Below, in pieces: positions 63,977 to 64,000 of a stretch of 64,000 nt of DNA. Position 1 is the stretch's first letter. Each line of letters begins with the position of its first letter. Below the pieces are notes generated by a model. That model saw only the letters and a program-made list of their open reading frames with translations, was not told the origin of the DNA and ran no database searches. A program made the position numbers and the translations under genes. The DNA is from Chrysemys picta bellii (lineage: Eukaryota), in assembly GCF_011386835.1 (NCBI RefSeq), contig NC_088794.1, positions 16,616,001 to 16,680,000 of the forward strand, read 5' to 3'.

Positions 63977-64000
63977 GTCTGTAAGATTGTGAACACAACT
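63977..64000 (+). CDS. PLXNA2: Plexin-A2 coding exon m (3'-truncated by window edge)
   Basis: Pyrimidine tract plus TCCAG acceptor; VCKIVNTT continues the frame in phase 0. Confidence 0.92.

Overview
Vertebrate genomic DNA, almost certainly a turtle (inferred from its repeat families). The whole window lies inside a plus-strand plexin-A2 (PLXNA2) gene. Thirteen coding exons (first and last cut by the window edges) splice by GT-AG rules into one uninterrupted 549-codon frame covering PSI and IPT/TIG ectodomain repeats. The introns hold CR1 LINE fragments, CORE/MIR SINEs, hAT, PIF/Harbinger and Tc1/mariner MITEs with intact target-site duplications (TSDs), and probable solo LTRs. Two things stand out. 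(1) Three Penelope-like fold-back insertions; two carry minimal type-I hammerhead ribozyme motifs on both strands, and one is a perfect 203-bp inverted repeat. (2) A CpG-undepleted, protein-like 81-codon ORF with a bacterial-style ribosome-binding site abuts the 5'-truncated end of a CR1 and does not look like host intron DNA. There are no CRISPR arrays, rRNA or tRNA genes. Most ORFs in the supplied track are spurious. All family assignments come from recognising motifs by eye, not from database searches.
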